Assembly: GCA_903813345.2 (NCBI GenBank)
Contig: CAIIXF020000001.1
Coordinates: 3,472,001-3,536,000 of the forward strand
Source: Owenia fusiformis
Taxonomy: Eukaryota
Reading direction: 5' to 3'
Length of the DNA: 64,000 nucleotides
The first letter of the stretch is position 1. Each line of letters begins with the position of its first letter. A model generated the notes under the pieces. The model had not been told where the DNA came from, did no database searches, and saw only the letters and a list, made by a program, of their open reading frames with translations. Below, in pieces: positions 12,801 through 23,200 of this stretch. The translations under genes were made by a program, and so were the position numbers.

Positions 12801-14288
12801 ATGTTTCATTTGTCAAGATACACAATTCATATACAAGGTAAACAGATTTTAAAAACATCAAAAAAATATGGCAGTCATTTTTTGTACTTTTTATTTAATA
12901 TAGCGTCGCCTTAATGTATTTCAGATTTGAAACTGCTCCGTCACAGCGGACAAAAAAATTTAATTATTATTTTTTATCAAAAAAATTAAAAATACCCAAT
13001 ACATAAAGATCTCATTAAGGTGCTATGGAACTTAACAGGAAATGACAAAACAGGAAGTGACAATTTTTTTTGCATTTTTAGATATTTTTTGAATAAAGAT
13101 AACAGAGTTCTGGTTTGACCTCCAGTCAATTTAACTATTTCCACATATCATTTACATGACCAGGATCACAATGTGCATGGTCAGAATGACCCTAAACATG
13201 ATGAAATAACCTTTTTAGCCCTTTGAAAGTGTGACTGAAAAAAAGCTAAAAGTAGGAGCGTAGGGAAGGTCACTGAACAGAATCTTTTGAATTTTTCAGA
13301 AAATGTGCCCAATATATTGCTCTAAATGATACAATCTTTGAAAATTTGATATCATTCATAGAAAAAGAAAAAAAATGAAAAAACTGATTTGAAAAGCGAT
13401 CTATTTTCCTTTTTATGACTGCCATTTTTGTTTAAGACAATTTTCCAAAATTTCAAAGATTGTACTAGTAAGAGCATTATATTGGGCACATTTTCTGAAA
13501 AATTCAAAAGATTCTGTTCAGTGACTATCCCTACGCTCCTACTTTTAGCTTTTTTTCAGTCACACTTTCAAAGGGCTAAAAAGGTTATTTCATCATGTTT
13601 AGGGTCATTCTGACCATGCACATTGTGATCCTGGTCATGTAAATGATATGTGGAAATAGTTAAATTGACTGGAGGTCAAACCAGAACTCTGTTATTTTTA
13701 TTCAAAAAATATCTAAAAATGCAAAAAAAATTGTCACTTCCTGTTTTGTCATTTCCTGTTAACTTCCATAGCACCTTAATACCTTCAGAGCTCCGACGCC
13801 GTTTTCAATAGCTTTTACTCTTAGCATTGTTGGACTTCAAACAGAAGTTAAAGTTACCCGCAAATGATATATTCATTGCATGAAGTCAGTAATTTTCTTT
13901 GATAGACTAGTCTATAGCAAAACATATGAGTAAAAAATAAATTGTGTGGATTTCCTAGTGTTTCTATGCAAAATAGCACGCTCCGTCACAGCGGACAAAT
14001 TTTTCGATACCAGCCTGTGAGAGGCTCATTAAACATTTAGGTCGCTGACTCAAAAAACGAAAAAGTTCAAGACTGGAGAACGAATTAGACTAGATCTAGT
14101 CTAGTTCTTACACATTTGTCATTCTTTCTGAACAAACAATTGATCAAAAAGATCAAAACTTTGCGTAAACATTTCAACCATATTTAATTTAAGGAATTCG
14201 GAAGAAAACACGATTAGCTAATGTTTACCTGGAAATGCAGGAGCTTTTCAGTCTGTTCCGAGGTAATTTCAGTGTCGTTGTCCGCCAT
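808..14288 (-). CDS. FAF2: FAS-associated factor 2 / UBXD8, 5' part; gene continues past the left edge
   Basis: Phase-consistent GT-AG exons 14229-14288, 6869-6937, 6496-6611, 6153-6268, 2755-2784, 2378-2478, 1269-1354, 808-899. They give MADNDTEITSEQTEKLLHFQDLTGIEDMERCRERLERCNWDIE...QPQGLLGWG...FPFRF...RPDPRR.VTDPVGDV...HPTFYQGSYSQALNDAKKELKFLLVYLHGD...MLFWACNTNSPEGYR, matching the FAF2 UBA, membrane hairpin and UAS regions. Coiled coil and UBX domain are not in the window. Confidence 0.95.
1460..2106. mobile_element. Non-autonomous DNA element with two adjacent inverted-repeat pairs, class uncertain
   Basis: ACAAATAGTGACTGCC 1464-1479 inverts GGCAGTCACTATTTGT 1581-1596; TATTATATACCC 1599-1610 inverts GGGTATATAATA 2095-2106. 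Confidence 0.5.
2837..5406. mobile_element. Foldback/MITE with long diverged arms, right arm split by a HINE
   Basis: Left arm ~2837-3196 inverts ~3540-3609 plus ~5105-5406; termini TA-GTACCCC...GGGGTAC-TA. Confidence 0.75.
3609..5104 (-). mobile_element. Helentron-associated non-autonomous element (HINE/DINE-1/pearl-like) with internal tandem array
   Basis: Subterminal inverted repeats ATCCCATCGAAC (~3643) and GTTCGATGGGAT (~5091); (ACGG)n microsatellite ~4968-5062; about six ~135-bp tandem units at 3850-4690; TT/AA boundaries. A short copy lies at 40515-40853 and a fragment at ~21305-21388. Confidence 0.8.
7497..9384. repeat. 944-bp near-identical direct tandem duplication in FAF2 intron 1
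   Basis: 7497-8440 matches 8441-9384 with about three substitutions seen by eye; the ORF track repeats at offset 944. Confidence 0.95.
9373..10396. mobile_element. hAT-like MITE
   Basis: Termini CACAGAT...ATCTATG with imperfect TIR; 8-bp TSD GATTGTGC at 9365-9372 and 10397-10404; deleted relative at 49987-50102. Confidence 0.85.
9403..9793. mobile_element. Tc1/mariner-type MITE nested in the hAT-like element
   Basis: TA-CAGT...ACTG-TA with long imperfect TIRs; empty site GCAGTAGGATC seen in the related copy near 50011-50021. Confidence 0.8.
11915..12910. mobile_element. Kolobok-like foldback MITE (TTAA TSD, GG...CC ends)
   Basis: TTAA at 11911-11914 and 12911-12914; ~420-bp inverted arms; the empty site is preserved in the host's opposite arm (~10840). 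Confidence 0.8.
13019..13775. mobile_element. Kolobok-like foldback MITE, near-perfect palindrome
   Basis: TTAA-GGTGCTATGGAA...TTCCATAGCACC-TTAA; ~310-bp almost identical arms; empty site GTATTAATGA in the host's left arm (~10735). Confidence 0.85.
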
Positions 14289-14293
14289 GTTGG
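14281..14293 (-). promoter_or_regulatory. YY1-like / Kozak motif over the FAF2 start codon
   Basis: CAACATGGCGGA on the minus strand, resembling the YY1 consensus. Confidence 0.4.
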
Positions 14294-14884
14294 AAATTTT
14301 CAATAGAGGCATCACTCCGCTAATTTTACAAAACTTAGATTTCATCAACATCAACATACTTGATTCGGTGGCAGAACTCTGCTTCAACAGTCGCCTTGCA
14401 GATTTTTTTAGTATGATTGCTAATTGCTTTGTTGTCTACCCTTGCTTTGTTCTTGAGAATCTGACCAAAGTTTTTATTGTCATGACTTTAGTATGAATGA
14501 AGTGTCCCTAAGTGTTATGGTCCCGAATTGTGATAATGGTACTTCTATGGTTGGGAGGGGTTATATTAAACCTTGTTTCTTTTCACTTTGATCATGGTTT
14601 TGGATAATTGGGGTTCGTTTTTCATATGACTGGACTCTTAAATGCTTTTTCTTGCTGTGTGTTTGTAATAATTCTAGTCCTTTCCTTTTGGCACTAGTGC
14701 ATACATATTTTTCCTTTTGACTCTGGTTTTATTTTGGCAGGGTGCCATGGTATTATATCATATGGCATAGGCTAAACTGCCCCATATTTATGTAGATTAT
14801 GATTCCCCTTTAACAAATGTCTACCCTTACATTGTTTTTGAGCTTTTTACTAAAGTTTATATTTTCCATTTCTATCTTAATCTT

Positions 14885-15290
14885 GAAGCCATATAGAACA
14901 AATTTAAGTTTTGTCAAAATCTCAGAAATATCAGAAATATCATCATGAAGATCACTATTTTACCTTGATACTAGGATAATCTCAACTCATATAACTGTAG
15001 GATACTGGAGATTTTTCATTTTGAAACCTAAATATCAGTTCTGATAATTCATCATCCAAATTCAGAATTGTGAACTGACTTTGATGACATCATCAAAAAG
15101 TGTGTACAATTCCTTCACTGGTTTACATTGAGAGGACAAAGCCTCAATCTGATATATAGATCACATGATCTCTAAATGGAAGTTCCAACACAATGCAGAT
15201 TATTCAAACCCTTGTAGTTGAACACCTTTGCCTGGGGAGTTAATATCTCAGCTATGTAAGTAATATTTTAGATGTTCTATATGGCTTTAA
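14885..15290. mobile_element. Older MITE, probably TTAA-type
   Basis: AAGCCATATAGAACA (~14886) inverts TGTTCTATATGGCTT followed by TAA (~15273-15290). Confidence 0.55.
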
Positions 15291-15302
15291 AGTGACTTTT
15301 AA

Positions 15303-15904
15303 AGGAATATTCCTTGCCAAATCATCTCTCTCCTAATATGGTAGCTATAACCATATATATGCTTGCCATGTTTATCAAAACACGCAAAAATGTTTTGATA
15401 TGGTCAAATTTGATCACTTAGAAATGTGATGCTCAATTCCAGTAAGCTGCCATCTTTTAAAATTTCACACAGGAAGTGATGTCATCGACTCTCAACTTTG
15501 CATATAGCATTAGGTGAGGAGCTATTAAGAATTACAAAACCAGCTAAATATTCTTTTTCAACTTTGTATCTTATTTAATCCTTCTGAAAATCTCTTCTTT
15601 TATTCTAAGTTGACAAGCCCTGAAAATATTTTTGCATAGAAAGTAATGATCACTTGTCTAGAAGTGATTTTGTGCTACTTTCCTATACTGTTATGGGCAA
15701 GGTTATAGAAGTTGAGAGTTGATGACATCACTTCCTGCAAGAAATCTTATAAGATGGCAGCTCACTGGAAATAAGCACTCGATTTTTAAATGATCAATAT
15801 TGACCATATTAAAACATTTTCCCATGTTTTGCTAAATATGGAAACTATATATATGATTATAGCTACCATATCAAGAGAGAAAGGGTCTGGCAAGGAATAT
15901 TCCT
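15303..15904. mobile_element. Kolobok-like foldback MITE
   Basis: TTAA-AGGAATATTCCTTGCC...GGCAAGGAATATTCCT-TTAA; ~200-bp inverted arms. Confidence 0.8.
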
Positions 15905-16097
15905 TTAAAGACATAGAGGCTAAAATGAGGGATTAAAAGAAATACTCCTCAAGAAAACAGTCTTACTTTTCTATTAGGATGAGTTCAGGAGCCAAAAACA
16001 GCTGATTTATGGATATATATCATTATGAAAATTGGAAGCAAGAAAACCTTTTTTTGAGGCCATGTTTTTTTACTGTCATAACAGGAAATAGATTATC

Positions 16098-16887
16098 TAT
16101 GTCTATGTCAATAATCTGCAAAAGGCTAATAAGCCCATATAAAGCAGATATATAATTTAACAGTGATAGAATTTGAATAGAATATAATTTAAAACCTTAA
16201 CATTTAAAAATAGATCTATGGTTTACAACTCATTTTACCTGGGGAGACTGTCAGGCTACCGCGTTGACATCACCCCTCTTTACCAGTAGTGCAGGCTTGT
16301 TGCTGTGCACTGGGGACCCTTTACATTAAAACATAGATCTATATTAAAAACACACCTATTTAATTGCAGTTATTGACATAGGCATAGTATGATGATTTAA
16401 AACTACTTAGACTGTCACAGTCTAAGATGTCACCAGGTAGAGTGTTCCATTTAGCTATTGTCCTAGGGAAATAGCTAAATTTGTATGCATCCGTTCTAGT
16501 TGATGGTTGTATGAACTTAGAAGGATGATACAACCTAGTGTTGGTATTGATCTGTTGGCAGAAGTATGGAGGCACGTCGATGGCTGCTAGGTTCTGCTTT
16601 CCTTTGTAGAAAAGGAAAACTCTAGCAGCCTCTCGACGCTCCTTCAGTGGCTCCCACTGTAGGTCTTGAAGAGCTTTGGTGACGCAGCCTGGTTCCCTTG
16701 AGTGACATTTGGTTACAAACCTGGCTGCTCTTCTCTGAACCTGTTCCAACATATCAATATCTTTTTGTCGGTAAGGATCCCATGCCGAGCTGGCATACTC
16801 TAAATTAGGCCGGACTAGTGACTTATACGCCTGAGCCTTCACTTTTTCAGGGCATTGATGGAGGTTGCGCCTGAGAAATCCAAGCAC
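16098..16887 (-). mobile_element. 5'-truncated LINE (CR1/L2-group): ORF2 C-terminus plus 3' UTR
   Basis: ORF 16360-16887 LGFLRRNL...[19 protein letters not shown]...[12 protein letters not shown]...[15 protein letters not shown] is the typical post-RT region. The 3' UTR is shared with 48525-48905. Confidence 0.9.
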
Positions 16888-17059
16888 CTTATTATATCAA
16901 AACGAAATCTTAATTAACATCATTAATTCTGAATTTGGCAAAGAATACTTACTCAGTTATGTATTCTCATATTTTTAGTATAATTATGGACTATTTTTTA
17001 ATAATTGCACTGTTGTGGATAAAAAATATTTTCAAAAATTGACAATCTGACAAGCTGAG

Positions 17060-17129
17060 GCCGTGGCCAAGTGGTTAAAGCATCAGATTTGTGGATACAC
17101 TTTTCCAGGTTCGAATTCCGGCCATGGCA
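17060..17129 (+). pseudogene. tRNA-His-like pseudogene or SINE head
   Basis: Acceptor stem GCCGTGG/CCATGGC, A-box TGGCCAAGTGG, TTGTGG loop, B-box GGTTCGAATTCC, downstream T-run; the anticodon stem does not pair. Confidence 0.6.
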
Positions 17130-17800
17130 AATCTTTTTCTTTTTTCTTTATTTCATAGCCTGAGCCACTATATATTTTTTATCTCATTTTAATTTAACAG
17201 TGTCATATTTATTACTTTTTAGGGGTTTTGTAATATAGGTGAAATGTCTGTGTGTGCCTTTAATTGATCTCTCCATGAATGATAGTCTTCCGAAAATATT
17301 TTTAACCCTTGCAAAATTTTTACATTCTTTACTTTGTTACAAATTAAACCACTTTTAACCACTTTTAAATTAAAGAATGTCTCAATCTTAGAGTATACCA
17401 GTCATAAGGAAAACAAACCCCATCTATCCCTAATCATAATCCCCGGGTCATAATCCAACGTAAAAAGAAATATTTTCAACTATCCCCTTCCCAACCATTC
17501 AAGCACCTATTTCACAATTTTAGACCATGAGACCATAAGACATGATCTCTAATTATTCATATTCCATAGCCGGGATCAACTTTAAACGGTGCCAATTGAA
17601 AAAATCGTCAGTTCGGTGAAAGAGAAATATAAATAAACAAAGATGGATTACCATGCCATTTCTATTTCTATCGACTCTAGCCTATGATCATACAGGAGGA
17701 GGGGTGTATATTTTGGAGGAGGCAGGAAGGTCGCTCGTAATTTAAGGGATCTTTCCCACTTCTTTAATTTAGTGTTCAGATACCATCCGGAAATTCTAGG

Positions 17801-17846
17801 ACGCATGCGCATAGCAATTTTTGCAAATCGAGCGCCAGAGTTCGAA
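17801..17846 (+). promoter_or_regulatory. Putative STIL promoter: NRF1-like site plus CDE/E2F-CHR tandem
   Basis: CGCATGCGCA ~17802-17811; GCGCC (17832-17836), 4-nt gap, TTCGAA (17841-17846); candidate first-exon donor AAG|GTACGT at ~17914. Confidence 0.5.
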
Positions 17847-18047
17847 TCTTTATTTACCTGATCGTTTATCATTGTACGCTTTAGCGTGATCAAAGTTGAA
17901 CTCATTAATGCAAGGTACGTACAAATTCGTTTACATTTAGCCCATTTTCCCTGGATTACTAATTAGAACAAGATGTGATTTCGTTCATCATTTCACGATT
18001 CTGAATGAATGTGACAGGTCAAGTGTTCAATTTTGCACAAGTTGAAC

Positions 18048-19176
18048 CATAGGCTGAGGTTAAGTACTATTGTAAACCATATAAGAATTAACAGGTCAAC
18101 AATTGGGATTGAAAAATTTTCAAAAAACTTGCCGTCTTCAGGCCTGTCAACTGTCCCGCAATTTGCGTATTTGTCACGCATTTGCTGAAGAATTTGAAGT
18201 CACGCCAGTTATTTTTGCGTGACAGAAAATGTCACGCAAATACGCATTTTACCTGGTAATTGTCAAGCAAAAATGTTTCTGTAGAAAAATTTCTAAAGAT
18301 CGTCTTAACAGCAAAAATACGAACGCCGGAAAAAAATGTACGCATTTCGTTCGGACTTTTCACGCGAATTGCGTATATGTCACGCATTCCGTTCGAAATT
18401 TTTTCGTACCATGTAATAAAATTGAAACCAAGGTGTTCAAAAATTGGATGAAGGTGTTCAGATTTGGACAAAGGTGTCCACATTTTGAGGGGAGGTGTTC
18501 AACATTTCCAAGTCACTCATGTTAGGTGTTCCCAAGTTGACAGGCCTGCGTCTTGGTACGAGTTCTCCTTACTGGTATCGAGTCGTACCACCAAATCTCC
18601 CAAGAATCTTCTCCAAAGTGTTTTCGAAACGTATATTTTTGAATATTTCAAATCTATATCCTAACTCTTCGATAATGGTTGTAATTAGAAGTTTAAAATT
18701 CCAAGAAAAATGTTAATTTCACCATTTAAATTGGGTTTAAAAAGATATTATATGAAACAGATGTTTTGATAAATAATTATTAAGTACACCTTTTATAGTT
18801 TTGTACACTTTAATTGATTGTTATTTCTAGAATATGAATTACATTTTAGAGAACCAGATAGGTGTCACTGGCGGCGGTTAGCAGGAACCAATCAAATTCC
18901 TTGTTTCAAACTTCCATTTAACACGGAAATCCGGGTAACTTGTAGGTTTTCAGAATATCTCGCCTCAAGACGGCTTTATTCACTCTATATCACTTGAATG
19001 GGGTTGATTCATAGGTAAGAATTGCGAACTATCAATTTTGGATCAACTCTGCATTGTTTTTTGAAAAATTATACACAAATAATGTTAAAATCGCCATGTT
19101 AACAAGTGGCCTAAATCCTAGTTGTTGACCTGTTAATTCTTATATGGTTTACTATAGTACTTAACCTCAGCCTATG
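18048..19176. mobile_element. hAT-like MITE, copy 1
   Basis: ~60-bp TIR CATAGGCTGAGGTTAAGTAC...; 8-bp TSD AGTTGAAC at 18040-18047 and 19177-19184; interior shared (inverted) with 50563-51393. Confidence 0.9.
18139..18548. mobile_element. MITE nested in hAT-like copy 1, 14-bp TIR, 6-bp TSD
   Basis: CAGGCCTGTCAACT...AGTTGACAGGCCTG flanked by CGTCTT; empty site at ~51298-51313; related fragment at ~43900-44125. Confidence 0.85.
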
Positions 19177-20231
19177 AGTTGAACACACTAAAATTAGCCT
19201 ACAGACAGTGAGTGCAGGGCCGGATCAGGGAACCAACAAGGGGGGCAAACTTCTGGTCTGAGAAAAAACTTTGTGAAAAAAAATTTTGGGTACCTAAAAC
19301 CATAAAGTGGGCCCAACTTTTGAAATTTTGAGGCCCATTTTCTTTAAAATTTGGCCGAAAACAATAAGTTATATCTGTGAAATCCTAAAACCAACTAATG
19401 ATATATGAATGGGTAGGCACGCATCTAGTGATGTAGGATACCAGGAGAGGATATGGGGGCAGGGATGGGCGTCCTACCATGGGCTTTCACATCTAGTTAG
19501 GGGGAGGGGTTGTTAATTCATTTGTGTGAGGGGTAGCCCAAGAGGGGGTTGCTTTTTAAAAATTGCCAAAAGGTAAAATAGTTCGGTACAACAGCTCTTA
19601 TTTCTGATTTAGGTTGAAGCCATCTTTTCATCAAGCATGGATCAAGATCTCACAAGATTTTTATTTTTTCAAAATCAACTATGGCCTACCCTTTGCCCTA
19701 CCTTCTTCTAAGGCCTCCACTTCTATATTGCGGCCTTACGCTAACAAATAATCCTCGAGTAAGTCTATTCCACTTTCAAGATGACAAAATTATAATATAT
19801 AGTTTTGGTTCATTGGTTCCTTGGTAATCACAACGTCACGGCAACCATAGGATTCTTATGTAAACAAATAACAAAACATCTCGGCATTATGACGTCATGA
19901 TTTAATGGACCAAAATGGGCCACGTTGGGACCAGTGAGAGATCGCGTGGGGGCCATTAACTTCACAACCAATACGAATATTGCTTATTAAACAGCTATAA
20001 CGATCGTTAGAGTGAAATAATTTTCAAAATACTGATGAACATTTATTAAGAAATTATATGGATTCCTTTAGGTAAAACATACCATTTCATATCTGCTTTA
20101 AAGATGAGAGCAATAATTAGAAATAGTCTCTCATGGGAAAACATGCATTTTTCTTAATATAGGTGATTGAGTGTTGAAATAGATGATTATATTGCCTTTT
20201 GTGTTGCTGCAGGTAGCTAGAGTGCTGCACT

Positions 20232-23200
20232 ATGGCAGCAACCCTGAAGTTCCCAGTGAGCAGGGTGGCACTGTGGGACCATTGTAGCAAGGGAGCAGCC
20301 TCATACAGTCATCTTGCATATTATAGGTAGGTGCATGGGTTGAAAAATAAACTACATTGAAACATGTATATCCGAACACCTTTCTAATTGGAACACCTTC
20401 CAATCTGAACACTTTTTTCATGTCTCATTTTTTCCTCCCATGGACTTTCATGTTTAAAAATCTTGAAATCTGAGCACCTCTTAATTCGAACAATAAACAG
20501 TCATATTTGAAAAATTAATCGTGATAAATCTTGCTATCCTATTTACATGCTATTATTGTGCATTCAGTCAAATATAAACTGGAAACAATCATGATTAACC
20601 AATATGTTGTGGTAGGAGCTCGGACACTTTTAGCTAGTCCCATTGGTATTCTGTTTAGACAGGTTTTACTGTTATGAGGGTAGCTAATTGTCTTGTCATT
20701 ACTGCATGTTGTAATACATAACATGGACTTTAGTTACAGATGGATTTGTTAATCTCTGTAATACCATGAGCTATTCGCTAACATGGACAAATATTGACAT
20801 TTCCAATGTAGAAATCAATTTCATATTGTTCAATAGGATGTTCTGCCACTGAAACTATTGTTTAGTTTTTTTTATTTTATTTTGTTGATTTTCAGAAACC
20901 CAACAATCCTATTGGAAGAAAAGGCACTAAGATTAGCGCATAGATATGCCCAAGATTCTGGTGATGACAGCTTCAGGTGTCTCTTGATAGGGAACATTAA
21001 CATCACATCAGGTACATATTTTCTAATGTCTAGTTTGTTTGTTTGTTATATTTGAGAGTAATCTTCATTGATGCATCAATGATACTGTAATGTCCCCAAA
21101 ATTGGACCAAGTGGATGCTGCAACCACTTAAGATTATAAGGCTTATAGGCTTGTATTTTGTACTCACTTGAAAACCCATTTGCACCCACTTTCCAATTTG
21201 CACCCACTTTGAAATCCAGACAAATTGTGAACTTGGCCACAGATGTTAAAATGAGAGATTGCAATTTTGTGTACTACACCTTCTATTTCTAAGTTTTGCT
21301 ATTTGAAAAATGGCCGTCATTTTTACATTTTTTCCAAAAGTAGTGTTCGATGGGATTTCCTACGCTTTGGCATTGCTGTTGTCTAGTTAGTCATAAGTTC
21401 GCCTACTTTGCCTTACAGATGGTGAGGGAGTGATTGTCACTCTAGACCAGTTCAAGCCATTAGAAGGTCCAGTCAGCTTCGAGGCTCAATTAATGCCAGG
21501 GGAGATCAGGTCTCCATGTGAGGTGAGTGGTCTGGTCAATGAGTCGTTTCAATATTGGTAAATTACAACAGTGAAGTAGTTTATTATCCTGTTAACAAAA
21601 TAACTGTTGCGATTCCTATTGTTCAGCAGTGTTTGAGTTTCTAAAAAAAGGTTAAATGTTTCTAATGTTAACAAGATTTTGTTATTCATATACATATACA
21701 TATACAGGTGTTTGTTATTATTTCCAGTTAAACAACAACCAAACCCATGGAAAGATAGAAAAACCTCTCGATTCATATGAAATGGCATTAAAGGTATGTT
21801 CTTTGTTAAAAGCTTTGTTAAAATCATCTCATCCTAAAATGAAATACCTGTGCAATTTTTTCGTTCAAAATAAATACTGTACTAGGTGTCCTCTGAAATT
21901 TTTTTTTGATGTTGACAATACAAATGTTCAGATGACCCAATTTTTGATCATTTAGCCCCAGCACCATTGCATAAAAAATATATGCAAGCCGTTTTGCCAT
22001 AAATATATGTCTCTGTACAAGTACCATTGTTTCTAAATCCAGAGTGAACATGTTATGCTAAGAAGTTTAGGGATGTGCCACCGTTATTATCAAAATCTGT
22101 GATTACCGGTATATTAAATTATGACATGATAACATCTTTTTGTTTCGTTGTATAGTAAAGTATTTATTTTATAAACTGAAGGCCTTGTTTTGTAAAACAT
22201 AAATGAAATGATGTGGCCATTTTGCATGTACTGGAATTGTTATAGAAAACAATAATGTCAAAAAGTTCACTTTACTCAAATTAATTATAACTCTCAGTTT
22301 ACATTCAAATATGAGAGATACTGTACAAAGTTCATTGATTTGATTTTAGCTTCTTACACAGCAATGCAGCTCAACCAGACTTGACATGAATGATGCTGTG
22401 TGTCTACAAGCCTGTATCTCATATACCCAGGAGAAGCACACAATAAACCTGGACATTGACTTGGACCTAATGACATTCAGCACACAGTTACAAGCTGTTC
22501 CAGTCTCTCCTGTGCCCATTATACAAACTGCATTGTCCAAAAATCTTGCTAGTGGACAGAGCATGAGTGCTCTACAAGGTCAACCAAAGGCTGGGTATGT
22601 TCTGTGTATGCTTTCTCTACTAGCTATACATAAATCTATTTACTTTGACATATCTTAACTGACTGATATCTTATGTTCCACACTCTAATATTACAGTAAA
22701 ACCTGTTTATTCGAACACCTCGATCTCTAATCCAAACACCTCTCAATGACTGTGAACACTTTTCCTCTGTGTTCCAATTTTCCAGTGGTGTTCGGATAAG
22801 ACAGGATTAACTGTATATATTAAGTCAGGTAGTAACCATTGTGTTTTGTATTAAGTATGATACGGTAAGTACCCATTCGTGTAATGTATGCTCAATACGT
22901 AAACTTATATCTAATGAAATTATTGACTTGCAGATATTTGACACTGGACCAAACCAGGAAGCTGCTACTAGTTTTAGAATCAGACCCTAAAGTCTCCACT
23001 CTTCCCCTGGTTGGAGTGTAAGTAGTGTTGAATATATAACAGTTCATTTATTCATTATATGAGTTTTATAGTAAGACACATTATTTCATATTAAAATATT
23101 TACAGTTCAGCAATATTGCGATCCGGTAAACAGTAATTGTTCAGATTTCGTATGGAAGTCATTTGTAATTTGAAATAAATTAATTTTTGTCATTGTTTGA

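Larger units (their letters stand above)
10416..14019. mobile_element. Large non-autonomous foldback with CAC...GTG ends and 5-bp TSD (Transib-like)
   Basis: CACAGGCTGGTATCGAAAA at 10416 inverts TTTTCGATACCAGCCTGTG ending at 14019; TSD AGAGG at 10411-10415 and 14020-14024; arms about 500 bp; no transposase ORF. Confidence 0.75.

Noticed and set aside
11915-15904. piggyBac assignment for the TTAA-flanked elements
   Set aside because: Termini are GG/AG...CC/CT rather than the CC...GG of piggyBac; Kolobok-like fits better.
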